Assembly (NCBI RefSeq): GCF_006345805.1 | Contig: NC_043007.1 | Location: 56,792,001 to 56,856,000, forward strand | DNA: 64,000 nt | Source: Octopus sinensis | Lineage: Eukaryota | Direction of reading: 5' to 3' | In this document: positions 37,464 to 50,888 of the stretch, piece after piece | Layout: each line of letters starts with the position of its first letter | Numbering within the stretch: the first letter of the stretch is position 1 | Notes under the pieces: model-generated | Database searches by the model: none | Told to the model about the DNA's origin: nothing | The model's input: only the letters and a program-made list of their open reading frames with translations | Made by a program: the position numbers and the translations under genes

Positions 37464-38645
37464 TTATTTTATTAAATTTGCCATAAAGGCAGTACATAGA
37501 GTAAGGTAGCTTGCGGGCTGGATACGGACATTAATGAGATGAATGATACAAGGATGATAAGAATGGGAGAAGACTTTTGCTTCTCTAAAACACTGTTCTT
37601 TTTAAAAAGCACTGAATGATGTATTAACCCACTTACAATTTTGCAATTGTTCCAATTTATGGACTAAAAAGTCCATTATAAAAACAATATAACACATATA
37701 ATGAGGCGATAAACCTTTTACACAAATGAGTCTTCATCCCCAATCAACTTTCTTGCCTCCTGCAGGCATTCCTGCAGCCGCAAGTTGGGGGCCCATAAAC
37801 AAGATCTATACTCCTCCTTTGAGAAAGAGTCCATTATATAGTAAAGTTCCTTTCTTCTAGTACCAGAGTATCCACCTGCGGAGACCACTCCGGAATACAA
37901 GTCGGGTATATCAGGTCCCGACTATTAAAGGAAATTTCTATAAAATTCTCTATAGCCCCTCCCCTGAGATAGAAAATCACATATTCTTCAACATTTCCAC
38001 TGGGAGGGGCCTTCTTCTTCTCCCTCTCCGGTGGCACACGTCCCATCGAAAGGGTTTCGGGACATGCCGCCAGTGCACCAACAACCGCCGTCAATGCCCC
38101 GTTTTTCTTCTTTCTTTTTTTCTTTTCCTTTACGACGGGAGGGTGGAGTTCCCTCCCGCCGCCTTAGGATCCATTGGTGGATAACCATTGTTGCCCACCT
38201 TCTTTCATTTCTTCCCTTTTGTTTTCGAGGAGGTTACCGCCTCCTCAACTTTTTCCTTTCCTCTCTCCTCTCCCTCCAAAGTGGGAGCAGGGGACACATT
38301 TTCAATTAGTTGCTCCAGGACCTTACTTTGGTCCCTGGGGAAGTTTTTCTTAATATGACCCAATTCCAGGCACAGGTGACACTTGGTGGGGTGTCCCTCA
38401 AGAATCACCGGATACCTAGAACCGGCCATCTTTAGGAAATCTGGAAAAACCAGATCTTTGGCTGATTGGGTCCATAAGGTCAAAATTGCTTTTGACCCCA
38501 CCCAATCAGCCGCAGGCAGGATTTTGACATTCAAAAGCTTGGCAGTGTTGCCACCCAGACTCCGATGGATATTGTCCTCTATTCATTCGGGCTCTATACC
38601 GAGTGGCAGCCCACACGCCCAAGCTCTTGTTAGTCTCCTCTCTTC
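37464..38645 (-). mobile_element. Tx1-like element with ORF1 (zinc knuckle) directly followed by 3' UTR, no RT; flanked by (TATG)n
   Basis: RYPVILEGHPTKCHLCLELGHIKKNFP (decayed CX2CX4HX4C), then a charged low-complexity region; 3' end tactgcctttatggcaaatttaataaa resembles the Tx1 end at ~2850-2880. Confidence 0.7.
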
Positions 38646-38686
38646 ATACATACATGCATACATACATACATACATACATACATACA

Positions 38687-38717
<31 letters not shown>

Positions 38718-38829
38718 CAGCTGACTCGCCCATTACAAATGCAATCTGTAAGCAGAACAGTAAAGCTTATGCATGACTTTTCTTAAGTTTAAAATGTGAC
38801 ATTGATTTCGTTAACTACATTCCAACGAT

Positions 38830-38935
38830 GGTATTATTATTATTATTATTGCTGTTGTGGTTGTTGTTGTTGTTGTTGTTATCATTATTATTATCATTAT
38901 CATTATTATTATTGTTGTTATTGTTATTATTATTA

Positions 38936-39010
<75 letters not shown>

Positions 39011-40050
39011 TCACTGCCTGAAATCGAACTCGGAATCTTGCGATCTTCACTGGATGATACCTCAACTTCATTTCCCAACATCCATACAGTGTAAAGAAAG
39101 GGATCGCTCAGTCCCTAAAACGTCGAGCAAAGAATATAAGTAGAGATCATGATACCCACCACGAAGAAATGAGCAAGCTAATTAACAATCTATTAAGTAA
39201 CAACTACCCTAAAAACATAATATCCACTCCAATTATGAAGAAAATAGAGGATGAAACCAATTAACTGTCCACAGTCTGTCTACCCTCTGTGAAAGGCCTC
39301 TCCGAAAAGATACAAGAGATATGCGTCCCATATGACATCAGGACAGTATTCAAAAGTAATACAACACTTCGCAAATATCTCCTTCAAGTAAAACCACCAA
39401 TAGAAGAGAATATGACCAAAGACTGTACTCCATCCCATGCAGCTGTGGTAGGTTATTCAAAGGCGAAACATGCCGCCTCTCAAAATAAGGGCAGACGAAC
39501 ATCGCAAAGCTGTGACACGAGGAGATATTGATAAATCGGGTATAGCTGATCATATATGGAAAAATGGAGACCACTTCTCCCTGTGGGATGAAATAAAAAT
39601 AATAAACAGAGAACGCCACTGGAAAATACGAAAACTAATAGAAGCAGCACATATGCAAGGACACAACAACTTCCTAAGCAGACCGAGTGCAGATATGAGT
39701 AGCATATGGGAACTGATATTAAGGGAGGATAGGAAAATATTAGATTTTAAGCCCTAAAATTCACTCCATAATTGCCCATGGGCATATGGCGTAGTAGTTA
39801 AGTGGGCTACTAACCCCAAGATTCCGAGTTCGAATACTATTATTCAGTGACCTGAATAATAATAATGATAATGATGATGATGATAACATCAAAAAATACC
39901 TTAGGAATGAGAACTCAGGTTCGAAATTTCCCCAAGAAGGCTGGAAGGTATATCAGTCGAAACGTTGTGTTAACAACAAACAAGATGAGGACAAATATCC
40001 ATCAAATGTAAATAATGTACATAATTCCTCATCTCTTAAATATAGAACTT
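38830..40050 (+). mobile_element. Penelope-like element (Poseidon-type GIY-YIG end + pLTR) with inverted partial pLTR at the 5' end
   Basis: LPSVKGLSEKI, YSIPCSCG.., EHRKAV..KSGIADHIW..RKLIEA; 39000-39042 is an inverted copy of ~39817-39865; hammerhead remnant ggctggaaggtatatcagtcgaaacgttg. Confidence 0.88.
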
Positions 40051-40814
40051 TGTATCTTTGTTAGAAACCAGTTCCTTCTTCAAAGGAAGGACTTAAATAA
40101 CTAAAATTAGAAAAGAAAATGCATACATACATACATACACTCTGCATATGTAGCGCAATAATAGCTGTTGATGACTCGGTGAACAATTGGTTTTGAATTG
40201 TTTAAACAAATAAAGCAATTAAGGGAAAATGATGCTTTAAATTATATGAAAATCGACAGATCTTTGGAGAAATATCATATGCAGTTTTAGCTGCATTCTT
40301 TCATAACCTAGTGTCAAATTCCACAAAGATTGACTTCGTTTTTCATATTTTGTGCTCAATGAAACAGAACTGATGAAGAGTTGGCATAGAGATTGAATCG
40401 ACAGTGTACTTATCCCCAAATTGTGTACTCATGTGCGTAAGTTAGAAATCATTATTATTATGATTTCGAAATTTCCGGTATTAAAGTGTTACATTTTTGT
40501 TTAAATGGTAAACTGTAGAAATATGGAATATATTTTGAGGAAGAGCTGAAAATGTACTTAGTATTTTGCTAAGTAAACGAAATGAGTTTGAAGAAAATGT
40601 AAAAGTTTGCTTTGACATTTTCTTCTTCATTTCGTTCTTTTTTTTTACTTTCTTAAGTAAATACACACACTAGCAAATTTCCTAACCGAGATAACTCTGA
40701 GTGTGTGTGTAGCTGTATATGAGTAGTAGGAGTGTATATTTGTATATGTACGAGAATCTACATACATACGTATGTATTTATATTTACGTATGAATATATA
40801 TATATGTACTTGTG

Positions 40815-40847
<33 letters not shown>

Positions 40848-40887
40848 ATGCGTGTAAATGCATACAAATATATTAAACATGTATATG

Positions 40888-40918
<31 letters not shown>

Positions 40919-42905
40919 TCCTTCTTTATCTCTCTCTGTCTCACATACACACCTACCAATATATGTACGTATCTGTGCGTATGCGTGCGTGCGTAAGTCT
41001 ATGTATTACTTATGTATATATTCATAGCAGCTATTCATTCATTGCAGCTGACAACCGGAACAGCGCATCGTTATCGTTTCAAGATATAAATACTGAAGAA
41101 ATTGTATTTGTAGCACAACAGAGTGCAAATCAAGGCACATGTAGTTGTTGCTTTTTGTGGTGGGGAGGGCATCTCATAAGAAAAGTCCTAATATAATTAT
41201 TAGCATATCTGCATTCAGCAAATAAAAACCCATTGCCCTGTTTCAACTAGTGGGGTCTATATTGGAAAACTTTTTCAATAAGCTATTTATTTTGTGCAAT
41301 ACTAAATATTGACGTGATGGAGGGCAATGGAAGGAAACACCCGCGCATGTGTTTCTCCACTCCATACAAGATTATCAAAATTCCCAAACATTATATTTGC
41401 TTTCATATTGACGTATTCATCCGTAAAAAATTACTCGCAGACACGCTCTAGCCTCTGGTCCACAACCATACTGTTTTCTCTTTTTGTGTTCCTCAGAGAA
41501 GGTTTGTCTCATGCCACCACCCCTCATGCACTCTTGACTGGTTCATCTTTTCTCCTCCTGTCACCCATATTGTATACTATTGTAAATTCGAAATGTAATC
41601 TATGCTTGGAAGAAATATTCTATATCGTCACCTTTAATTGCAAGTTATTAAATCGCGGAAACGAACTAACAGTAAAATACATTCCCAGGGCTTCTGCAGG
41701 GTTTCTATTTACCTAGTCCACTCACTAGTCATGTCTACATTAAAAGTCTTTTGCCCAGGGTAATGCACTGCTGGATCGAACCCAAAATCATGTGATTGCG
41801 AAACGAACTTCTTAACTTCATTGCTATGACTACGCCTTACATATATAATAAATAGCGACAGTGTTTGTGGCATTATGATATCTATGTGTGCTAGTGATCA
41901 TGCTCTCAAAAAGGTGTTTCAGGGATAATTGGTCAGGAAAATTTAAATGAGAAAGCATTTCCCATGTACAACAAGCATATAAGTGAAGTATAAGCTATAG
42001 TTAACGTATTTTTCCAGATCTCTTGCTTTGCAGGAAGCCCATCTCCAATGGGCTTGCATGTTTTCTTTATTTTATTTATTTCTAGCTTATTCTTTGATCT
42101 TCATGAAGTTATAATTCCATCATTGACTCTAGAAAACCACTAATATAGTCATTAACAGTTTGTTTGCTTAAACGTCCTTATGAACTCTAATTTTCCCTCC
42201 TCCTTATACAGGATTCTTAGAGCGAAATGACCGAGCCTAAACGGTAGCACACAATTTATCGGGGTGTAGGCAGTATATATCTTTTCACGGGAACTGTGTT
42301 GTGTCCGTAACTGTCAAATGACTCGATCCATCTACAATTTGTTGTGGATTAATGTTTTCTTTTTCTAATTTGCAATACTGAGCTCATCTCATGTAGTGTC
42401 CCACTAGTTACATATGGAATTCAGTTGATCTAATCACTCATTGAAACATACACTGATCTTCAAAGTTATATCATTCTCTAGATATTATGCCAAAAGATAG
42501 GTGCAAGACTTTTATTAGTGAGCAGTTTCCTAAGATCAAAGCAATTATTTATAGCATCGTACATCTGGTAGCTCCTGATATGCTATTTAAAGCTACAGTT
42601 TCTGTAAACATAAGGGCAGATGGAGACAAAGAGGCGGAAAGAACACGAGCAAGATATAAAATAACGTATTATCACATTGGAGAAAAGTCACATATTTGTT
42701 GGAGGCATATAACTGATTAAGTGTGCTCGATAAATCTATGCTACTTTTCTAAAGGTTCTGGAGAATTAAAATACCCCACCAAAACCTGCCGCAGAATATA
42801 AACGTGGAGGAGTAAGACATTTCTACATAGTTTAAGTCCGTTACCTACAAGTTATGTTATACATCAATCATACTGCCAAGGGTACAAAAGTCAAATGTTC
42901 CCCAC

Positions 42906-42992
<87 letters not shown>

Positions 42993-43149
42993 TTCCATTT
43001 CAGCCTACAAGAGTAAACTAAAACTAGCCTCATTTACTCAAGTCATTTTCACTACTCTCAACCACCTACCTTTCAACATTACTGGGTTACAGCACTTCAC
43101 TCCCTATTCTTATCTTTCTCTCAAAGTGAAACATGTGAGGACTTAACCG

Positions 43150-43990
43150 AAGAGGTATCTTGTCTTCAGCTTTTTAAGCCGCGTCGACCATACAATTTTC
43201 ACTTTATCCATCAGACAGAGGCAAACTGGCCTGCCCTTCCCAGCCGAAGAAAGTCAGCGGGGCTCTGCTGACAGCCGGGTCCATTCTCCACATGACACCA
43301 GCTGTTTGACAAAACTCCTCAATTCAGCGATACTCACGAAACAAATGCGTGCTAGAATAGTCCCACCGGCTGAAAGCGCTTCCGTCATTGCAGAGTTTAT
43401 TTCATTCTGGCAACGTCCATCTCCCGTTAACGTTGCCAGGAATTTCTGAAAAGGGTTCATACTTCCCAGACTGAAAGTCCTCTAGATCAGAGCCGCACGT
43501 TCTGAGTTCTCTTGAGAACGTTGTCCCTCTATACCACCACTAATCTCCCAGGACAGTGAACGTCCGGCAACATTCCAGATGCTAGGAGTGCAACTGCGAC
43601 AAAAAATGAGTTGCAGGAAAATTAGTCTGGCAAAGAATGACCAATCTTTTCACCTTCCAGTGAAGCCTCAGCGCATGTCTGAGCATCATCAGTCACAACA
43701 TATCGATGCCTTCGAGCAAAAGATTGGCAGCAGACTGTCTGATAAGTGGAATGCATCCATTCCACAAGAAGTTAAGGGTAAGTGAGGCAAAGCTCAACGA
43801 ACAAATAGTAATACATGACGGAGATGGTATATGCATTCACTACTTCTATGTAGCCGATTACTTCGATCACAATTCCGGTGACCTCGTGCATGTGTGCCGA
43901 CAGAACGCTCTTCGAAGCTCCGTTTTCTGCAGTAATGCCTCAATAGTTACCATATACAGAAGCGAGGACATCCTGATAAACTAATAATGT
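43150..43990 (-). mobile_element. Highly decayed Tx1-like LINE fragment
   Basis: EVVNAYTISV, FLWNGCIPLIR, LRHALRLHW, RTFSLGSMNPFQK, SFVKQLVS..RLSAE and VWSTRLKKL match Tx1 C-terminal motifs seen at 1570-2600, 3344-3964 and 19651-20200. Confidence 0.7.
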
Positions 43991-44520
43991 GATTCAAAAC
44001 TGTTCCAACGATCGGCCATTTATTTTGACCACGATGTAAATATCGCTGTTCATTGCAGTGGTACAGCCTCTGAGGACGAGGTCATAGTAGTAGCGTTGCT
44101 CGTGTCAGTCTTGACAGCAGTGGCGGTGGTGGTGATGGTGGTGGTGGTTGACAGGTTGTTATTCTTTTTTATTGGTATGTTGTTACAGTTGCTGTTATTA
44201 TCGTTATTGTTTTCTTGAAGAGTGCAGTAGTGATGGTGATGGTAATATGGACTCTTAGAGGAAGACAATTTTTTTCCATAGACGGAGTAAAGGGGCTACA
44301 TCTAAAAGCAGTTTTCCTTTTCCTCTTAAAATCATCTTCCACTGGCCTCTTTAGTTGGTTGGCTGGCTATCGAAGAATAACTTTTTTTTTATTCCAAACT
44401 TTATCCTTAAAGGTGCAAGAAACTAAACAACCAACTAGACCACAGGAGTTATGATTAGCTTAACAATTAAAAACCTCTAGATAACAAACAGCAAACTTAT
44501 TATACAGAGTCTACAGCAAT

Positions 44521-45530
44521 TCTTTCTACCACAGGCACAAAGGCTGATATCTTGGGGGAGATAACTTAGGGGAGAAGGTTATGTCGATCCCAGTGTTCAG
44601 CTAGTACTTATTCTATCGACCCCGAAAAGATACAAGGTAAAGTCCACCTCGATAGAATTTGACTTCAGAACGTAAAAAGACGGACGAAATACCGTTTAGT
44701 CCATTGTCCGGCGTGCTAACGATTCTGACAGTTCACTGCTTTTGCAAAGACAACAACAATAATAATTGTTTCTAAAGACGCAAGCCACCTGCCCACCTTT
44801 CGTGACTAGTATTTTATTTTATCGACACAGGAAGAACGATAGACAATAGACAAAGTTCGTCTCAGCAGCATTTAAACTTAGAATATAAAGATTCGTAACT
44901 AAATACTACAAAACATTTCTATGCTCTAATGATGTTACCAAGTCACCAATTGTTTCTTAATTAGGCAAAAGGATAGCAATTTTCTGAGGTGGGTTGTTAC
45001 GTCTATGCCATTAACTCCATCATTTCATTTTATTTTATTGAGACTGAAAGGCAAAGCGACCAGGCAGGATTTGCACTTAGAACGTAAAGAGCTGGAACAA
45101 ATACCGCAAGGCATTTATTCAAATTTCTAAGGATTTTACCAATCACTGCCCCTAACCTCTTAAACATGGACCTGAGATTTGAGCAGGGAGGAATTAGTTG
45201 ATTAAATCAGTACTACTGCCTTACTCGTACATTATTTAATCGACCCCGGTTGGATTTGACCTTAGAATTTAAAGAGTCATAGCTAAATACCACAGACATT
45301 TTTTCTGACACTTTAACGATTCTCCTGATCCATTCGCCCAAAATAATTGTTTCTAGTTTCAGCACAAAGTAGAGGGAGGGGTTTTGTCGATGCCATCTAC
45401 TTCAGTATATATGTCGCTAAGCATATATACTTTATTTATGCCTGGTACTTTATTTTATCGACCCGGAATGAATGAAGGGAAGAGATAAGGTCGACGAGGT
45501 TTGAACTCGACTGAAAGGAACGTAACCAAA
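44521..45530 (-). repeat. Head-to-tail array of ~5 decayed SINE family B-like units (~200 bp each)
   Basis: Recurring ttgtttcta..tattttatcgac..gatttga(a)ct(c/t)agaa..aaatacc..acgattct. Confidence 0.7.
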
Positions 45531-47177
45531 CAAGAAAACAACATCAAAATAAACAACAGTTTACTGCAGCAACAACAGCATCAAAGCGTTACATACAAGT
45601 ACGAATAAAATGGACGTCATGGAACAGGTAGTTTAAGATATTTGTCGGTTAACGCCTCAACATTTCTAGATAGTGTGTTTATATAGCCACCAGCTTTTCT
45701 TTCAAATTGTGCTTCACGTGTTTGGTGCTCAAGATAAGATTGTAATGTCCGCTTGATATGCTTCAAGTTGTATTTATAAACAAGGAAGGCGGCAAGTTGG
45801 CAGAATCGTTAGTGCATCGGGCAAAATGCTTAGCGACATTTCTTCCAGCTCATTGCGTTCTGAGCTCAAATTCCCCTGAGGTCCAATTTGTCTTTCATCT
45901 TTTCGGGGGTCAACAAAGTTAGACCCAGTTGGCTACTGGATCGATGTAATTTACGTGTCCCCTCCAAAAAAATTCTTGGTCTTGAGCCAAAATTTGAGCC
46001 TTAAATATATATGTGAAAGACGGTAAGTATGCATGCACTTGTGCGATTGCTTGTATGTATCTTTGCGAATGACTGCGTGTAGATTACGTTTCGAAGCCAA
46101 TTAAATATATAATAAACAGGTTGTATAAACCAACACTTCATTCTATTTCCCCTCGGTTTTAAAGTTGTTTTCTTGGGGAGATAAATTATGATTAAAATAG
46201 GAAAAACTCCTTCTATACGTCGATGGTGAAGATGTATTCATAATAATTGATTATTAGCGTCAGTCAATATGATTTATATCTTTCACAGATGTATTTTTAT
46301 AGTAAATGATTTTATGAATTACGAGATAAACGAAATATAAGGTGAAACAGTATAGCTTTGAAATGTTTTTCCATAAGAAACTATATAACACGTCTTCGCG
46401 TATGTATTAGATACACACATATTTATACATACATATTTATTAACGATTCTCCATACATATTGATAGATTCGCTCTCTACAGTCATAATGTTATACATCGC
46501 GACAGAGTTGTTACTCCGGCAATTGAATGAAGTTAACATAAGGTTTAGTGTCCTAAAAATGTAGAAGTAAATTGTTATAGATTACATATAATGAACACAA
46601 TGCATAGAGCACATATATAGGTTTCTTTGCAGTCTCTTAATCTATTTCTCTGCCTATACTCATACAGTTATGTAAATAAAGCATCACTTGTTCCACGTTG
46701 TCACCTGAGTCTTTTTTGACGAGCATCCGTCACCCTTCGATAGTCTGTGTGGGTGCTTTTATTGTTGGATCAACAAAATTTTAAAATGATTTATAATTTT
46801 ATAACTATATTTGTGGCCTAAACTAACATAAGAAGCTCACCATCGCATATCAAACGCATTCTTCTGGCTTTTCACTGGTGTTCATTGTTGGGTATACAAC
46901 AATGATACGTTGAAGCGACATATCTGAGCTGCTCTTTCAGAAATGTCCATGCTATTACTAGAAGATATTGTATAACTAAGGGCAAGTGTCAATGAAATTA
47001 AGGGATTTCACTTGCGTCGCCTACGACACAATTTACTATTACTTTTTTTTCGCGACATTAAGCTTCATAATAACTTTGAATGGTCACCATTTCGGATTAT
47101 TTGAGTTTCATTTACATTCAATACTAAATAAACATGCGCTCGCCCACTGAAAAGGTTTATCAGTGAAATGAGGTTTA

Positions 47178-47178
<1 letters not shown>

Positions 47179-47208
<30 letters not shown>

Positions 47209-47359
47209 AAGAAGAAGAAGAAGAAGAAGAAGAAGAAGAAGAAGAAGAAGAAGAAGAAGAAGAAGAAGAAGAAGAAGAAGAAGAAGAAGAAGAAGAAGAA
47301 GAAGAGAAGAAGAAGAAGAAGAAGAAGAAGAAGAAGAAGAAGAAGAAGAAGAAGAAGAG
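47179..47359. repeat. (AAG)n microsatellite
   Basis: Direct reading. Confidence 0.97.
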
Positions 47360-47692
47360 ATAAATGAGTGAATATGAAAAATGAAGTGCTGTCTTTAGGG
47401 GATATGAAATCGAAAAGACTTAGAATCAAACGACACACCGGCCAGAAGCATTGCTTGTTTGTTTTTAATCAGACATAGTCAATTAACATCGACGAAAGTA
47501 TGATTGTTTTTTAATACATTAGGATGTGATTTGAGGAAGATATGACTGATATTTCTAACATATTTATCGTTGTTTAACACATGGTGGTCAGTCCTCATTG
47601 AGCAGAGATCTCTGATGAAAGATATTCCTGCTGTAAAGATTGTCTTTTTAGTGTTATGCAGGATTACATTATGGCGTACGCATGTGTGTGTT

Positions 47693-47726
<34 letters not shown>

Positions 47727-47754
47727 CCATGTATGTATGTGTGTATGTATTCAT

Positions 47755-48170
47755 ATAGGCGTGGCTGTGTGATAAGAAACTTGCTTCCCAACCACATGGA
47801 TTCGTGTTCAGTCCCATTGCGTGGCACCTTGGGCAGGTGCCTTCTATTTTAGCTTCAGGCCGACCAAAGCCTTGTGAGTGAATATCGGAGAGGGAAACTG
47901 AAAGAAGTCTGACACGTGTGTGTGTGTGTGCATGTGCGTATGCGTGTATGCTTGCGCGTACGTGTATGTATGTGTGTATTTTTCCCTCACCACCGCTTGA
48001 TAATTGGCATATTTACGTGCCCGTAACTTAACGGTTCGGCAAAAGATGTTGATCGAATATCACACTTAAAAAAAGTCCCGGGGCCGATTCATTCGAATAA
48101 AATAAATTTTTTCAAGGCGGTGCCACAGCATGGTCACAATCTAATCACTGAAAAAAGTAAAAGAAAGATG
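47755..48170 (+). mobile_element. SINE family A
   Basis: aggcgtggctgtgtgataagaaacttgcttcccaaccacatgg.. tail caaggcggtgccacagcatgg. Confidence 0.88.
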
Positions 48171-48171
48171 T

Positions 48172-48246
<75 letters not shown>

Positions 48247-49108
48247 TTGTGTTATCAGTCAGTTATCACTAATTCAGAAAAGAAGCACACTCTAAAAGAA
48301 TTTGTGTACTTATACTTTTATAGTATCTAACCGGTCAGAAAGTTAATGGGTTTGTGTAACTATTGCACTAAGCAATACAGATATGCTATTTGTTTAATAT
48401 TTTAAGGACACTTCTGGTCGCGAGCTTGCCGGATAATTGGTCTTGTGTTTTATAAGGTTGGTTATTTTATTACTGTTAGAAATGGAAGTTCTGTTTAAGA
48501 CCACCGGGCCAAACATAGCATTTCATTTGAAGATCTCATTTCTGGATTTCAGTTTTGTTTTTTATCATTCCAGGTTCGGAAGCATAAAGACTAAACATGT
48601 ACAGGGTCGAGCTTTGGGTTTCTACTTTACCCTCCGCCCTTTGCCCCACGCCCTTGCAATTTGAGGTTTGTACCAATGTTAAAGCAAAAGTCAACATTAT
48701 TGTTTTTCTTCTTATAATTATTTTTCATTAAGTCGGTGCAGTCCATTCTATTGTGCTTAGAATCTTATTAGTCGTTATTTAATCAGCAGTAGACATACTC
48801 TAACCCGTTAAAGAGAGTTTGACATACGACTGGAGAATCTAAGACGACCAAAATGAAAGAAGTATGATGTCCTTTTACGAGTTTGCTTTCATAAGTAAAT
48901 CAAAGGATCGGAGTTTTTGTTTTTAGCTTTTTACTTCCTTTTTGTTCATTTATTTATTGCGGTGGAGGTGGGATATACTCGGACCTCTCTGTAAAGTACA
49001 AAGACTTAAAAAAGAAATAAAACAATAAAATAATAAACTTAACGATTAGCAATTTTCAGAGAACTAGCATAGAAGATCACAACTACAAAGTGGATCGTCA
49101 GCCTCAGT

Positions 49109-49357
49109 CTCTTCTTCTTCTTCTTCTTCTTCTTCTTCTTCTTCTTCTTCTTCTTCTTCTCTTCTTCTTCTTCTTCTTCTTCTCTTCTTCTTCTTCTTCT
49201 CTTCTCTTCTTCTTCTCTTCTCTTCTTCTTTTCTTCTTCTTCTTTTTCTTCTTCTTCTTCTTCTCTTCTCTTCTTCTTCTTCTTCTTCTTCTCTTCTTCT
49301 TCTTCTTCTTCTTCTTCTTCTTCTTCTTCTTCTTCTTCTTCTTCTTCTCCTTCTTCA
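49109..49357. repeat. (CTT)n microsatellite
   Basis: Direct reading. Confidence 0.97.
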
Positions 49358-49699
49358 TTTAACGCTGGAAAGCTCGTTATTTGCTAAACATGGCGAATAA
49401 TTTTCATTATTTAAAGAAATTATTTCAAAAATGTACGAGAAAAGCTTTTCACAATGCTGAGTATACAAAATCGTCGTTTCATTCTGAGAGGGGATGAAAG
49501 ACAGAAAAGGAAACAGAAAATAAAGAAGTTTAAGTTCCAAGATCAGCTCTTATCCAGCCAATTCCTGACCATATATATTACAGCCGTGATTATCTTCTCT
49601 TTTTACAGATAACAACGACTAGATTATCTACCATTGCTTAATACATACATACATACATACATACATACATACATACATACATACATACATACATACATA

Positions 49700-49965
49700 C
49701 GACATGGCTGTGTGGTAAGAAGCTTGCTTTCCAACAGCATGGTTCGGGATCATCTTGGGGTGGTATCTTCTACTATAGCCTCGGACCGACCAAAACCATG
49801 TAAGTGGATTTTGTAGACAGAAACTGAAAGAAACCCGTCGTGTGTGTGTGTGTGTATTTTTGTCTGTTTGTCCCCAGCACTGCTTGACAACTGGTGGTGG
49901 TGTGTTTCCGACCCCGTAACTTTTCGGATCGGCAAAAAAAACCGATAGAAGAAGTATCAAGCATT
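49700..49965 (+). mobile_element. SINE family A
   Basis: catggctgtgtggtaagaagcttgctttccaacagcatgg; shows the intact head that is missing at 2880 and 20438. Confidence 0.85.
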
Positions 49966-50690
49966 TAAAACCCTAACACTAACCCAAAACAATTACAAAG
50001 AATACGGAGACTGTTACATTTTCAAATTTTTCTTTTAATTTCACAGTTAATTATACGGCATAATTTACATAATTAAAGTGACCGACGCGTATTTCTACTG
50101 TATCGAGTATGTGCAGTACCTATCCTTGGTGCTTCTTACTACTAGACGTAGTTAGCCGGAACCTGGACTATATCTGAGAGCTCTTACAGTACCAACCTGG
50201 ATATATACATATATATAGGTAATCTTGATCACCAACTTAACGTGTGTAATTTTTTAGAACACAAATCACTGCATTATTTACCTTGGGAGGCCTTCTCATG
50301 TGGACTCGTTTTTGTTACCATTTTTACCCCTCCGCAAAAAGATCTCAAATTTTATTTAATTTGCTTTTCGCGGGAAGGAAAGTTTCTATCAAAGATGCGT
50401 ATCGCCTTCACCTTCGAAACGCAGAGTAGATGAAACCATGGCGACTGAAGAAGGGAAATTTTCCTTGTGTTATTTGTCCTGTACTCTATTTTTTGTTGTG
50501 TTTATGTTTTCGTTTTTCATTGTGTTCGACGTTTTTATGGTGTCCTGTACCCATATATGCGTGTATATATACATGTAGAGGTAGGTACGTACATATATGT
50601 ATGTATATATGCATATCTTTTATTTATTAATTTATTATATGACGGAACGCACGCATCCATTTCTAAGTAAGATTATTCTTGATATATATA

Positions 50691-50729
50691 TCTTTCTGTT
50701 GAAGAGTGTAGGCTCGAAACGTTAAAGAC
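50691..50729 (+). ncRNA. Minimal hammerhead motif (C3 to U change) in a Penelope-type end
   Basis: tcttt..tTGAAGAg-tgtagg-ctcGAAAcgtTAaaga. Confidence 0.6.
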
Positions 50730-50836
50730 TTGTTTAAAGACTTGTTTTATTTATATTTCCTGAGCGCCATACTAATACAATTGTTTGTTTGTTTCCCACC
50801 TGCCTTCGTCTTTTGTCTATTTTCATAAAGCTTCCC

Positions 50837-50886
<50 letters not shown>

Positions 50887-50888
<2 letters not shown>

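Noticed and set aside
39781-39850. Functional tRNA gene (also considered for the SINE heads)
   Set aside because: Cloverleaf incomplete and embedded in repeats; tRNA-derived only.
43661-43777. Apparent 117-nt symmetric + strand exon (ttttcaccttccag| ... AAGG|gtaagt)
   Set aside because: It lies antisense within a decayed Tx1 fragment whose motifs are readable on the minus strand; there are no partner exons and no recognisable protein. Exonisation cannot be excluded without RNA-seq.
47168-47371. Protamine-like poly-Arg/poly-Glu ORF
   Set aside because: Pure (AAG)n repeat translation.
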